Source: Paracoccaceae bacterium (GTDB lineage Bacteria; Pseudomonadota; Alphaproteobacteria; Rhodobacterales; Rhodobacteraceae). Taken from it: 64,000 bases of DNA. Location of the stretch: the NCBI GenBank assembly GCA_965229765.1, contig CBDDJT010000003.1, positions 967,311-1,031,310 of the forward strand. The letters are read 5' to 3'. Below the pieces are notes generated by a model. That model had not been told where the DNA came from and did not search any database. It saw only the letters and a program-made list of their open reading frames with translations. Shown here in pieces: positions 1-9,635 of the stretch (positions are counted from its first letter, which is position 1; the number at the start of each line of letters is the position of its first letter). The position numbers were made by a program, and so were the translations under genes.

Positions 1-3000
1 CCCGCCGTTCCCGTCCGAGATCTCGTAGGTAAAGCTCTCCTGCGCCGTTTCCGGGGGCGCCAGATGTTCATAGGCGCCGCCGGGATCGAAGGCGAAGCTG
101 CCGTCGGCGTTCAGCGTCAGGGTCGCACCCGAATTCAGCGTCGCCGTATCGCCGGGCGCGAAGTCCTGCGGCACCTCGTCCACCGAAACGGAAAAGCCGG
201 TGACCGCCAGGGCGTCGCTTGCGTCAACATCCGTATCGTTGCCCAGCACGTTGCCGATCAGCGCCGTGTCCTCGCTGGTCGCCGGGGTGTCGTCGTTCGC
301 CGCGGGATCGTCGTTCACCCCGGTGATCTCGATGGTCGTGCTCTGCGCCACACGCTCATCGCCCGAGACCACGTCGAACGTCACCTCGAAAACCGCGGAT
401 TCGCCCGCGGCCAGACTGTCGTAATTCGCGGTATCGACGGTCAGCGTGCTGCCCTGCACCAGGAACGCAACCTGCGTGCTGTCGCTGCCCGGCGCCACCG
501 CCACCTGGACGGAATCCGGGTCGATCGCCGGCACGTCGGGCGCATCCGCGTCGCTGGCCGTCAGAACGTCATTCAGGTCGAAAACCACGTTAGACAGGAC
601 ACCGGCGTCCCCCTCCGGCACCGGCGCGAAGTCTTCTGTGGACACCTGGACCGGGTCGTTCACCCCGGTGATCGTGATGGTGACGGAGGCCGTGCTCGTT
701 CCGCCGTTGCCGTCCGAGATCTCGTAGCTGAAGCTCTCCTGCGCCTCGTCGCCCGCGCCCAGGCCCTCGAAGGCGCCGTTCGGGTCGAAGTCGTAGGTCC
801 CGTCCGCGGCCACCGTCAGCGTCGCGCCAGAGGCCAGCTCGATCAGGCTGCCCGCCGCGTGGTCCGTCGGCTCGCCATCGACGTCGGTCGTGACGCTGGT
901 CACCGAGAGCGCGTCCTCCTCGGCATCCGTGTCATTGCCCAGCAGCGCACCGGCCAGCGCGCTGTCCTCGTCGGTCGTGGCCGTGTCGTCGCCCGCCACC
1001 GGGGCGTCGTTCACGCCGGTGACGGTGATCGTCACGCTCGCCGTGCTCGTCCCGCCGTTGCCGTCCGAGATCTCGTAGCTGAAGCTCTCCTGCGCCTCGT
1101 CGCCCGCGCCCAGGCCCTCGAAGGCGCCGTTCGGGTCGAAGTCGTAGGTCCCGTCCGCGTTCACCGTCAGCGTGGCCCCCGAGGCCAGCTCGATCAGGCT
1201 GCCCGCCGCATGGTCCGTGGGCTCGCCATCGACGTCGGTCGTGACGCTGGTCACCGAGAGCGCGTCCTCCTCGGCATCCGTGTCATTGCCCAGCAGCGCA
1301 CCGGCCAGCGCGCTGTCCTCGTCGGTCGTGGCCGCGTCGTCGCCCGCCACCGGGGCGTCGTTCACGCCGGTGACGGTGATCGTCACGCTCGCCGTGCTCG
1401 TTCCGCCGTTGCCGTCCGAGATCTCGTAGCTGAAGCTCTCCTGCGCCTCGTCGCCCGCGCCCAGGCCCTCGAAGGCGCCGTTCGGGTCGAAGTCGTAGGT
1501 CCCGTCCGCGTTCACCGTCAGCGTGGCCCCCGAGGCCAGCTCGATCAGGCTGCCCGCCGCGTGGTCCGTCGGCTCGCCGTCCACCTCGACGCGCACCGAG
1601 GTGACGCTCAGCGCGTCCTCCTCGGCATCCGTGTCGTTGCCCAGCAGCGCACCGGCCAGCGCGCTGTCCTCGTCGGTCGTGGCCGTGTCGTCGCCCGCCA
1701 CCGGGGCGTCGTTCACGCCGGTGACGGTGATCGTCACGCTCGCCGTGCTCGTCCCGCCGTTGCCGTCCGAGATCTCGTAGCTGAAGCTCTCCTGCGCCTC
1801 GTCGCCCGCGCCCAGGCCCTCGAAGGCGCCGTTCGGGTCGAAGTCGTAGGTCCCGTCCGCGTTCACCGTCAGCGTGGCCCCCGAGGCCAGCTCGATCAGG
1901 CTGCCCGCCGCATGGTCCGTGGGCTCGCCATCGACGTCGGTCGTGACGCTGGTCACCGAGAGCGCGTCCTCCTCGGCATCCGTGTCATTGCCCAGCAGCG
2001 CACCGGCCAGCGCGCTGTCCTCGTCGGTCGTGGCCGCGTCGTCGCCCGCCACCGGGGCGTCGTTCACGCCGGTGACGGTGATCGTCACGCTCGCCGTGCT
2101 CGTTCCGCCGTTGCCGTCCGAGATCTCGTAGCTGAACGTCTCCTGCGCCTCGTCGCCCGCGCCCAGGCCCTCGAAGGCGCCGTTCGGGTCGAAGTCGTAG
2201 GTCCCGTCCGCGTTCACCGTCAGCGTGGCCCCCGAGGCCAGCTCGATCAGGCTGCCCGCCGCGTGGTCCGTCGGCTCGCCATCGACGTCGGTCGTGACGC
2301 TGGTCACCGAGAGCGCGTCCTCCTCCACGTCCGTGTCATTGCCCAGCAGCGCACCGGCCAGCGCGCTGTCCTCGTCGGTCGTGGCCGCGTCGTCGCCCGC
2401 CACCGGGGCGTCGTTCACGCCGGTGACGGTGATCGTCACGCTCGCCGTCGAGGTCCCGCCGTTGCCGTCCGAGATCTCGTAGCTGAACGTCTCCTGCGCC
2501 TCGTCGCCCGCGCCCAGGCCCTCGAAGGCGCCGTTCGGGTCGAAGTCGTAGGTCCCGTCCGCGTTCACCGTCAGCGTGGCCCCCGAGGCCAGCTCGATCA
2601 GGCTGCCCGCCGCGTGGTCCGTCGGCTCGCCATCGACGTCGGTCGTGACGCTGGTCACCGAGAGCGCGTCCTCCTCCACGTCCGTGTCATTGCCCAGCAG
2701 CGCACCGGCCAGCGCGCTGTCCTCGTCGGTCGTGGCCGCGTCGTCGCCCGCCACCGGGGCGTCGTTCACGCCGGTGACGGTGATCGTCACGCTCGCCGTC
2801 GAGGTCCCGCCGTTGCCGTCCGAGATCTCGTAGCTGAACGTCTCCTGCGCCTCGTCGCCCGCGCCCAGGCCCTCGAAGGCGCCGTTCGGGTCGAAGTCGT
2901 AGGTCCCGTCCGCGTTCACCGTCAGCGTGGCCCCCGAGGCCAGCTCGATCAGGCTGCCCGCCGCGTGGTCCGTCGGCTCGCCATCGACGTCGGTCGTGAC

Positions 3001-5910
3001 GCTGGTCACCGAGAGCGCGTCCTCCTCCACGTCCGTGTCGTTGCCCAGCAGCGCACCGGCCAGCGCGCTGTCCTCGTCGGTCGTGGCCGTGTCGTCGCCC
3101 GCCACCGGGGCGTCGTTCACGCCGGTGACGGTGATCGTCACGCTCGCCGTGCTCGTCCCGCCGTTGCCGTCCGAGATCTCGTAGCTGAAGCTCTCCTGCG
3201 CCTCGTCGCCCGCGCCCAGGCCCTCGAAGGCGCCGTTCGGGTCGAAGTCGTAGGTCCCGTCCGCGTTCACCGTCAGCGTGGCCCCCGAGGCCAGCTCGAT
3301 CAGGCTGCCCGCCGCATGGTCCGTGGGCTCGCCATCGACGTCGGTCGTGACGCTGGTCACCGAGAGCGCGTCCTCCTCGGCATCCGTGTCATTGCCCAGC
3401 AGCGCACCGGCCAGCGCGCTGTCCTCGTCGGTCGTGGCCGCGTCGTCGCCCGCCACCGGGGCGTCGTTCACGCCGGTGACGGTGATCGTCACGCTCGCCG
3501 TGCTCGTTCCGCCGTTGCCGTCCGAGATCTCGTAGCTGAACGTCTCCTGCGCCTCGTCGCCCGCGCCCAGGCCCTCGAAGGCGCCGTTCGGGTCGAAGTC
3601 GTAGGTCCCGTCCGCGTTCACCGTCAGCGTGGCCCCCGAGGCCAGCTCGATCAGGCTGCCCGCCGCGTGGTCCGTCGGCTCGCCATCGACGTCGGTCGTG
3701 ACGCTGGTCACCGAGAGCGCGTCCTCCTCCACGTCCGTGTCATTGCCCAGCAGCGCACCGGCCAGCGCGCTGTCCTCGTCGGTCGTGGCCGCGTCGTCGC
3801 CCGCCACCGGGGCGTCGTTCACGCCGGTGACGGTGATCGTCACGCTCGCCGTCGAGGTCCCGCCGTTGCCGTCCGAGATCTCGTAGCTGAACGTCTCCTG
3901 CGCCTCGTCGCCCGCGCCCAGGCCCTCGAAGGCGCCGTTCGGGTCGAAGTCGTAGGTCCCGTCCGCGTTCACCGTCAGCGTGGCCCCCGAGGCCAGCTCG
4001 ATCAGGCTGCCCGCCGCGTGGTCCGTCGGCTCGCCATCGACGTCGGTCGTGACGCTGGTCACCGAGAGCGCGTCCTCCTCCACGTCCGTGTCGTTGCCCA
4101 GCAGCGCACCGGCCAGCGCGCTGTCCTCGTCGGTCGTGGCCGTGTCGCCGCCCGCCACCGGGGCGTCGTTCACGCCGGTGACGGTCACGCTGACGGTCCC
4201 CGTGGTGCTGGCGCCGCCCCCATCGGTGACGCTGACCCCGACGGTCACCGTGCGGGTTTCGCCCGCGCCGAGGTCGTCGAACCCGCCCCCGGGCGTGAAG
4301 GTCAGAACGCTGCCCTCCAGCGTGAACGACCCGCCCTCGGCTGCCGTGCCCTCTGTCACCAGTGCATAGTCGAAGTCGCCCGGATCGTCATCCGCATCGG
4401 GGTCGCTGACCAGCGTGGCAAGGTCCAGCGTGGCGGGCCCGTCCTGCGTGGCGTCCAGCGTGCCTTCCTCGAAGGTCGGTGCGTCGTTCACGCCCGCGAC
4501 CTCCAGCGTCACGGTCCCTGTCGCGGTGTTCCCGGCGGCATCGGTCACGCTGAAGGTAAAGCTGTCCGTGCCCTCGAAATCCGGATCGGGAATATAGACG
4601 AACGAGCCGTCCTGAAGCACCACAACCGTGCCGTTCTCGGCCCCCGTGACAAGACCGTAGGCCAGATCGTCGCCATCTGCATCGGTGGCCGTCAGCGTGC
4701 CGGCCAGCCGGGTGTCCTCGGTCGCGTCCAGACTGGCGTCGTCCGGCACCGGCGCGGCGTCGGGGGCGGCGTCGGGGGCCGGGACCTCGTCCTCGGGGAC
4801 AGGGGCCACGGGGTCGTCCGGCGTGGTGCCGCCGTCGCCGGCGGGCGGCGGGGTTCCGCCGGTGTCACCCGCGTCCAGATCCTCGCCCGCGCCGGTGTCA
4901 AACGGCGTGCCGGTCTCGGGGTCGACCTCGTCTTCGGCGGTGGCGCTGCCCAGCTCGACAAAGGTCTCACCCGCGTCCACCCGCTGCACCGCCAGCGCGA
5001 AGGCGGCGGCGGCATCGGCCAGGATTTCTTCGTCGCTGGCAAGGTCATCGACGGTGCGCTCGATCTCGATGGGCTCGGCCCCGCCGGGAGGCTCGATGAT
5101 CCACGCGCTGTCGGTGTCCTCGATCGTGGCGATCAGGTTGCCGTTGAGATCGCGCAATTCGATCGTCCCGATGCCGCCGTCCGGATCGACGTTAAGCGAG
5201 ACCTCGACCGTGGTGACGCCATTCACTGTCTGGATATCGACCAGCACGGTCGTGCCGCGAATGCCCATCGTGGCGGCGGGCGTGGTCACCTCCATTCCGC
5301 CGGTCTTGGCAACCTGCCCGGCGATGAAGACGAAACTGCCCTCGATCAGGTTGAAGGCGCCGCTGTTGCCCTCGGTGGCGTTGGGGTCGTAGATCAGCTC
5401 GTCCAGCAGCATCCGCGAGCCCGAGGCGAGCGTGAAGATCGTGCCGTCCGCGAAGGTCAAAGAGCAGGTGCCGCCGTCCTCGGTGATGACCACGTCGTTC
5501 TGGAAGACCTTCATGCCCACGCGCAGCGTCTCGACGGTGCCGTCGGCGCGCTGCACGCGCGCCACGCCTTCCAGCGTCTCGACCTGTCCGATGGGGTTGC
5601 CGGCGATCGCGCCGCCGGCCTGCGCGTACTGGCCCGGCGCCTCTGGCCCGGTCAGCCGCTCGACCACGTGGGGCGCCAGCATGGCGCCCTCGGGCGTGGT
5701 CAGCCCGGCGGGCGCGCCCTGGCCGAAATAGCCCAGCACGCGCACGTCCGCGCCATCCTCGTTCAGCAGCAGAAGGTCCGGGCCGTCACGGTGAAATTCC
5801 GCCCGGAACAGCAGCGCCGGATCGGGCACGACGACGGGCGCGCCGTTTTCCACATGGAGAACAATCGTCTCCTGTGGGTGGTCCGTATCGGAAATAAGAC
5901 CGAACAGCAT
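1..5910 (-). CDS. Giant repetitive adhesin-like protein, N-terminal part only (ORF runs off the left edge). It has a FecR-like N-terminal domain, an acidic/Pro-rich linker, then cadherin-like / tandem-95 (VCBS-type) repeats. Probable T1SS substrate.
   Basis: My own reverse-complement translation starts at ATG 5910-5908, with AGAGG 6 nt upstream. It reads MLFGLISDTDHPQETIVLHVENG...VQRADGTVETLRVGMKVFQNDVVITEDGGTCSLTFADGTIFTLASGSRMLL (FecR-type motif). Repeated units follow: VNDAPVAGDDAATTDEDSALAGALLGNDTDVEEDALSVTSV...ETFSYEISDGNGGTSTASVTITVTGVNDAP. The frame stays open to position 1. The gene is absent from the supplied track because no stop lies in the window. The listed + ORF 64..5991 is its Arg-rich antisense shadow. 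Confidence 0.85.
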   Translation of the reverse strand, partial: MLFGLISDTDHPQETIVLHVENGAPVVVPDPALLFRAEFHRDGPDLLLLNEDGADVRVLGYFGQGAPAGLTTPEGAMLAPHVVERLTGPEAPGQYAQAGGAIAGNPIGQVETLEGVARVQRADGTVETLRVGMKVFQNDVVITEDGGTCSLTFADGTIFTLASGSRMLLDELIYDPNATEGNSGAFNLIEGSFVFIAGQVAKTGGMEVTTPAATMGIRGTTVLVDIQTVNGVTTVEVSLNVDPDGGIGTIELRDLNGNLIATIEDTDSAWIIEPPGGAEPIEIERTVDDLASDEEILADAAAAFALAVQRVDAGETFVELGSATAEDEVDPETGTPFDTGAGEDLDAGDTGGTPPPAGDGGTTPDDPVAPVPEDEVPAPDAAPDAAPVPDDASLDATEDTRLAGTLTATDADGDDLAYGLVTGAENGTVVVLQDGSFVYIPDPDFEGTDSFTFSVTDAAGNTATGTVTLEVAGVNDAPTFEEGTLDATQDGPATLDLATLVSDPDADDDPGDFDYALVTEGTAAEGGSFTLEGSVLTFTPGGGFDDLGAGETRTVTVGVSVTDGGGASTTGTVSVTVTGVNDAPVAGGDTATTDEDSALAGALLGNDTDVEEDALSVTSVTTDVDGEPTDHAAGSLIELASGATLTVNADGTYDFDPNGAFEGLGAGDEAQETFSYEISDGNGGTSTASVTITVTGVNDAPVAGDDAATTDEDSALAGALLGNDTDVEEDALSVTSVTTDVDGEPTDHAAGSLIELASGATLTVNADGTYDFDPNGAFEGLGAGDEAQETFSYEISDGNGGTSTASVTITVTGVNDAPVAGDDAATTDEDSALAGALLGNDTDAEEDALSVTSVTTDVDGEPTDHAAGSLIELASGATLTVNADGTYDFDPNGAFEGLGAGDEAQESFSYEISDGNGGTSTASVTITVTGVNDAPVAGDDTATTDEDSALAGALLGNDTDVEEDALSVTSVTTDVDGEPTDHAAGSLIELASGATLTVNADGTYDFDPNGAFEGLGAGDEAQETFSYEISDGNGGTSTASVTITVTGVNDAPVAGDDAATTDEDSALAGALLGNDTDVEEDALSVTSVTTDVDGEPTDHAAGSLIELASGATLTVNADGTYDFDPNGAFEGLGAGDEAQETFSYEISDGNGGTSTASVTITVTGVNDAPVAGDDAATTDEDSALAGALLGNDTDVEEDALSVTSVTTDVDGEPTDHAAGSLIELASGATLTVNADGTYDFDPNGAFEGLGAGDEAQETFSYEISDGNGGTSTASVTITVTGVNDAPVAGDDAATTDEDSALAGALLGNDTDAEEDALSVTSVTTDVDGEPTDHAAGSLIELASGATLTVNADGTYDFDPNGAFEGLGAGDEAQESFSYEISDGNGGTSTASVTITVTGVNDAPVAGDDTATTDEDSALAGALLGNDTDAEEDALSVTSVRVEVDGEPTDHAAGSLIELASGATLTVNADGTYDFDPNGAFEGLGAGDEAQESFSYEISDGNGGTSTASVTITVTGVNDAPVAGDDAATTDEDSALAGALLGNDTDAEEDALSVTSVTTDVDGEPTDHAAGSLIELASGATLTVNADGTYDFDPNGAFEGLGAGDEAQESFSYEISDGNGGTSTASVTITVTGVNDAPVAGDDTATTDEDSALAGALLGNDTDAEEDALSVTSVTTDVDGEPTDHAAGSLIELASGATLTVAADGTYDFDPNGAFEGLGAGDEAQESFSYEISDGNGGTSTASVTITITGVNDPVQVSTEDFAPVPEGDAGVLSNVVFDLNDVLTASDADAPDVPAIDPDSVQVAVAPGSDSTQVAFLVQGSTLTVDTANYDSLAAGESAVFEVTFDVVSGDERVAQSTTIEITGVNDDPAANDDTPATSEDTALIGNVLGNDTDVDASDALAVTGFSVSVDEVPQDFAPGDTATLNSGATLTLNADGSFAFDPGGAYEHLAPPETAQESFTYEISDGNGG
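659..4168 (-). repeat. Tandem array of ten near-identical 351-bp (117-codon) units inside the adhesin gene, flanked by more diverged repeats of the same type
   Basis: The boundary motif gttcac(c/g)ccggtga..gtgat..gt.ac recurs at 659, 1010, 1361, 1712, 2063, 2414, 2765, 3116, 3467 and 3818, and in degenerate form at 4169. The + strand shadow ORFs at 1172, 1523, 1874 ... 3980 show the same 351-bp spacing. Units differ at only a handful of positions. Confidence 0.95.
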
Positions 5911-6170
5911 GCCAAACCTCTAAAAAACGTCGAAAAAAGTCTTTGGGATACTAGTCGAAAAGGAGATTCGAGCAAGAAAATTACCACGTGAAGTAAGACG
6001 GCGCGGTTGACGCGCGGCACCGTGTCGGCCTTTCTGATCCCCGAAGCGGGCGCATCACCGGCAACGCACAGGCAGGACCACTGAAACGGATCGCACGCAA
6101 ACTGGGATGGGGGCGGCTGGCGGGGATTGTCCTGCTGCTGGCGCTGCTCGCGCTCAGGGTCGGCGATCCC

Positions 6171-8291
6171 GTGGCTCTGGCCGACATCCGCAATTCGACC
6201 TTCGACATCTACCAGCGCCTCAGCCCCCGGCCCGCCACGCCCGCCCCCGTGGCGATCATCGACATCGACGACCCCAGCATCGAGGAGATCGGCCAGTGGC
6301 CCTGGCCGCGCGCCCGCTTTGCCGAGGTGATCGACAAGGTGATGGCCGACGGTGCCGTGGCCGTGGCCTTCGACATCGTCTTCGCCGAGCCCGACCGCCT
6401 GTCGCCGCCCGCCATCGCGGCAGCCAACCCGGGCATGGAGCCCGCGCTGCGCGACGCGCTGGCCGCCCTGCCCGACACCGACATGCAACTGGCGCAGGCA
6501 ATGGGCCGCGCCCGCGTGATCGTCGGCCAGACAAGCGTGCGCAGCGCGCTGGCCAACCGGGAACAGGCGGTGGCGATGCGCGACGTGCCGCACGCCTTTC
6601 TGGGCCCCGATCCCACGCCCTTCCTGCAAAAGTTCCCCGACATCGTTCAGAACCTGCCGGTGCTGGAAGACGCCGCCGCGGGGCGCGGGGTCTTCACCGT
6701 GCGTCCCGACAGCGACGGCATCTACCGCCGTGTGCCGCTGGTGATGATGGTGCAGGACAAGATCCGCCTTGGCCTTGCACCGGAACTGCTGCGCGTCGCA
6801 ACCGGCGGCGCCGCCTTTGCCGTGCGCGCCAACGAGGCCGGGGTCGACGGCATCGTGCTCGCCCGTCAGCTTGTCCGGACCGACCGCGACGGCAGTGTCT
6901 GGCCGTGGTTCGGCCCCTCGGACCCGGCCCGTTTCGTCGCCGCCGCCGATCTTCTGGCCGGCAGGATGCCGCCGGGGCGGCTGGCCGGGCATCTCGTGCT
7001 GGTCGGCACCTCGGCGATCGGGCTGGAAGACTTCCGCCCCACACCGCTGGGCGTGCCCATGCCCGGGGTCGAGATCCACGCGCAGGTGCTGGAAAACATC
7101 CTTGGCCAAAGCCTGCTGTCGCGCCCCAACTACATGGTGGGCGCGGAACTTGCGGCGGCGCTGGTGCTTGGGCTGCTGGTCATCGCGCTGGCCCCGGTGC
7201 TGCCGGCGGGCTGGCTGGTGGCGCTGTCGCTGGCGCTGCTCGGCGGGGTCGCCGGGGCCAGCGTCTGGCTTTTCCAGTCCCAGCGCCTGCTGCTCGACGC
7301 GGGGTTCCCGGTGGCCGCGACACTGGCCATGGTCATGCTGATGTCCACGGCCAACTACCTGGCCGAGGAACGCCAGCGCCGCCAGATCCGCAGCGCCTTC
7401 GGCCAGTATGTCTCGCCCGCGCTGGTGGCCCGTCTTGCCGACAACCCGGCGGAACTGACGCTTGGCGGCGAACGCCGCGACCTGTCGATCCTGTTCAGCG
7501 ACGTGCGCGGCTTCACCACCATCGCCGAAAGCTTCCGCGACGATCCCGCCGGGCTGACGCAGCTGATGAACGCCTTCCTGTCGGAACTGTCGCACGCCAT
7601 CCTCGACGAGGCAGGCACCATCGACAAGTTCATGGGCGACGCGGTCATGGCCTTCTGGAACGCACCGCTCGACGTGCCCGACCATGCCGCGCACGCCTGC
7701 CGCGCCGCTCTGGCGATGCGCGCCCGCGTGGACGATCTGAACGCCCGCCGCGGCGCCGAAAGCGGCGGCTCCGCGCAGGTCATCGACGTGGGCATCGGCA
7801 TCAACACCGGGTCGTGCACCGTGGGCAACATGGGCTCCGACACGCGCTTCGACTACACCGCTCTGGGCGACGCGGTGAACCTCGCCTCGCGGCTTGAAGG
7901 CCAGTCCAAGACCTATGGCGTCGGCATCATCCTGGGCGACGCGACGGCCAGCGCGGTGCGGGGCGGCTTCGCCATGCTTGAACTCGACCTGATCCGCGTG
8001 AAGGGCAAGACAGAGCCCGAACGGGTCTTTGCCCTGCTGGGCGGCGCCGAGGTTCTGACGCAGGACGCCTTCACCCCGCTGGCAGAGGCCAACGCCGGGA
8101 TGCTGGCGGCCTACCGCGCCCGGAACTGGGACGCCGCCGAAACCGCCCTGGCCAGGATCGAGGCCGCCGCCCCCGCGATCGGCGCAGATCTCTCGGCCTA
8201 CGCCGCGCTCTACCGTGACCGGCTGGCCGATGTCCGCGCCAATCCCCCCGGCCCCGACTGGGACGGCGTCTTTACCGCGACGTCCAAATAG
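6171..8291 (+). CDS. CHASE2-domain membrane sensor fused to a class III adenylate cyclase
   Basis: The CHASE2-type start is VAIIDIDDPSIEEIGQWPWPRARFAEVIDKV. TM helices follow (LVLGLLVIALAPVLPAGWLVALSLALLGGVAGASVWLF). The cyclase core is SILFSDVRGFTTIAE...IDKFMGDAVMAFW...FDYTALGDAVNLASRLE. The Lys (IDKF) and Asp (FDYT) pair is the ATP-specifying combination in class III cyclases. The track start is GTG 6171, but the real start is probably upstream (see finding). Confidence 0.85.
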   Translation: MALADIRNSTFDIYQRLSPRPATPAPVAIIDIDDPSIEEIGQWPWPRARFAEVIDKVMADGAVAVAFDIVFAEPDRLSPPAIAAANPGMEPALRDALAALPDTDMQLAQAMGRARVIVGQTSVRSALANREQAVAMRDVPHAFLGPDPTPFLQKFPDIVQNLPVLEDAAAGRGVFTVRPDSDGIYRRVPLVMMVQDKIRLGLAPELLRVATGGAAFAVRANEAGVDGIVLARQLVRTDRDGSVWPWFGPSDPARFVAAADLLAGRMPPGRLAGHLVLVGTSAIGLEDFRPTPLGVPMPGVEIHAQVLENILGQSLLSRPNYMVGAELAAALVLGLLVIALAPVLPAGWLVALSLALLGGVAGASVWLFQSQRLLLDAGFPVAATLAMVMLMSTANYLAEERQRRQIRSAFGQYVSPALVARLADNPAELTLGGERRDLSILFSDVRGFTTIAESFRDDPAGLTQLMNAFLSELSHAILDEAGTIDKFMGDAVMAFWNAPLDVPDHAAHACRAALAMRARVDDLNARRGAESGGSAQVIDVGIGINTGSCTVGNMGSDTRFDYTALGDAVNLASRLEGQSKTYGVGIILGDATASAVRGGFAMLELDLIRVKGKTEPERVFALLGGAEVLTQDAFTPLAEANAGMLAAYRARNWDAAETALARIEAAAPAIGADLSAYAALYRDRLADVRANPPGPDWDGVFTATSK

Positions 8292-8309
8292 GGCGCAGGC
8301 AGCAGCCCC

Positions 8310-9632
8310 CTACCTTTCCCGCAGCGCCTCGGACTGGGCCCGCAGGATCGGCTTGGCAAGATAGCTCAGCACCGTCTTGCGGCCGGTCTGGATGTCGATC
8401 TGCGCCACCATGCCGGCGCTGATCGCAAACCGCTCGCCACCCCGTTCCAGCGCGGTCTCGTCGGTGCGCACCACGACGCGGAAGAACTCTGTCCCCTCGG
8501 CATTCGCTATCGTGTCCGCGCCGATCCGCTCCACCGTGCCCGGCAAGGAGCCATAGACGAGGTAGTCATAGGCCGTGATCTTGACCGACGCGCGGTCGCC
8601 CGGCTCGATGAAGGCCACGTCCTGCGGCCGCACCTCGGCCTCGATCAGAAGCCCGTCCTCGATCGGCACGATCTCGACCAGCGGCGCGCCGGGCTGGATT
8701 ACCGCGCCCAGCGTGGTGATCGCCACCGTGTTCACCGTGCCGCGCACCGGCGCGCGCAACTGCGCCCGCGTCACCCGGTTTTCCGCCGCCCGCAGCCCCT
8801 CGCGCACCACCGCAAGCTCTACCTGCAACCGCGCCAGACGTTCCTCGGCGGTCAGCCGGTACGCCCCCTCGGCCGAGGCCATCTGGTTTTTCGCCGCGCT
8901 GATCGCCGCCGCCAGCTTGGGCTCTGTCGCCTCCAGCACCTGCAACTCGCCGCGCGCTTCCGCCAGCCGCGCCTGCAGCCGCAGCACCTCGATCTCGGGC
9001 ACCGCGCCCCGGCTGGCAAGATCCTCTGTCAGCGTCACCTCGCGCTCCAGCGGCGCCACCACCTCCAGCAGCTTGGCCCGAGTCGCGCGCAACTCGGCCA
9101 GCTCGCTGTCGCGCTGCGCCAGCTGGTCGGCCAGCACGGTCATCTCGGTCTGCAACTGCGCCCGGCGCGAGGCGAAGACGCGCCGCTCGGCGGCCACCGC
9201 GCCCGGCGCCCGCGCCTCCAGCCCCTCGGGAAAGGCGATCTCGTCGGCGCCCGACGCCTCGGCGGCCACGCGCGCGGTCTCGGCCATCAGCCCCGCCTCA
9301 CGCTCCAACAGTTCGCCGCGCTGCGCGGCCAGTCCCGTGTCGTCGATCTGCATCAGCACCTGGCCCGGCACCACCACGTCGCCCGGCGCCACGTCGATCG
9401 AGGTCACCACGCCCGCCTCGGGACTTTGCACCACCTGCACCTGGCTGGACGGGATGACCCGCCCCATGCCGCGCGTCACTTCCTCGATCTCGTGCGTGGC
9501 GGCCCAGAAGGCGAACCCGCCGATCCCCGCCAGCACCGCAAGGATCAGGGGCCAGGCGCCGATGGCGCGCGCCGTGCCCGCCGTTCCCGCCAGATCCCCG
9601 CCAAGGGTGTCGTCCGCGCGGCTGCCGAACAT
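8310..9632 (-). CDS. HlyD-family type I secretion membrane fusion (periplasmic adaptor) protein
   Basis: The N-terminal anchor helix is WPLILAVLAGIGGFAFWA. A long coiled-coil segment follows (AQRGELLEREAGL...ELAELRATRAKLLE), then a beta-barrel tail. Its start lies 4 nt after the stop of the upstream ABC gene. Confidence 0.85.
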   Translation of the reverse strand: MFGSRADDTLGGDLAGTAGTARAIGAWPLILAVLAGIGGFAFWAATHEIEEVTRGMGRVIPSSQVQVVQSPEAGVVTSIDVAPGDVVVPGQVLMQIDDTGLAAQRGELLEREAGLMAETARVAAEASGADEIAFPEGLEARAPGAVAAERRVFASRRAQLQTEMTVLADQLAQRDSELAELRATRAKLLEVVAPLEREVTLTEDLASRGAVPEIEVLRLQARLAEARGELQVLEATEPKLAAAISAAKNQMASAEGAYRLTAEERLARLQVELAVVREGLRAAENRVTRAQLRAPVRGTVNTVAITTLGAVIQPGAPLVEIVPIEDGLLIEAEVRPQDVAFIEPGDRASVKITAYDYLVYGSLPGTVERIGADTIANAEGTEFFRVVVRTDETALERGGERFAISAGMVAQIDIQTGRKTVLSYLAKPILRAQSEALRER

Positions 9633-9635
9633 CGC

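Noticed and set aside
659-4168. A CRISPR-like array (regular repeats)
   Set aside because: The 351-bp units are contiguous with no unique spacers, lie inside one reading frame and encode a protein domain. No cas genes are present. The palindrome clusters at 26.4 kb and 44.3 kb have non-identical 'repeats' and no spacers.
64-5991. The 1975-aa + strand ORF and the ladder of 85-aa + ORFs at 351-bp spacing (1172, 1523 ... 3980)
   Set aside because: These ORFs are extremely Arg/Val/Gly-rich or Ser/Pro-rich with no motifs, and they are periodic only because they are antisense or out of frame to the adhesin repeats. The minus strand gives a clean FecR-like domain plus cadherin-like repeats with an RBS and ATG at 5910.
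5763-7694. The 643-aa minus-strand ORF, plus the + frame ORFs 6107..7897 and 6769..7341, which overlap the cyclase gene
   Set aside because: Their composition is typical of high-GC shadow frames (Arg/Gly/Pro/Ala). The 6171..8291 frame carries the complete CHASE2 and class III cyclase motifs.
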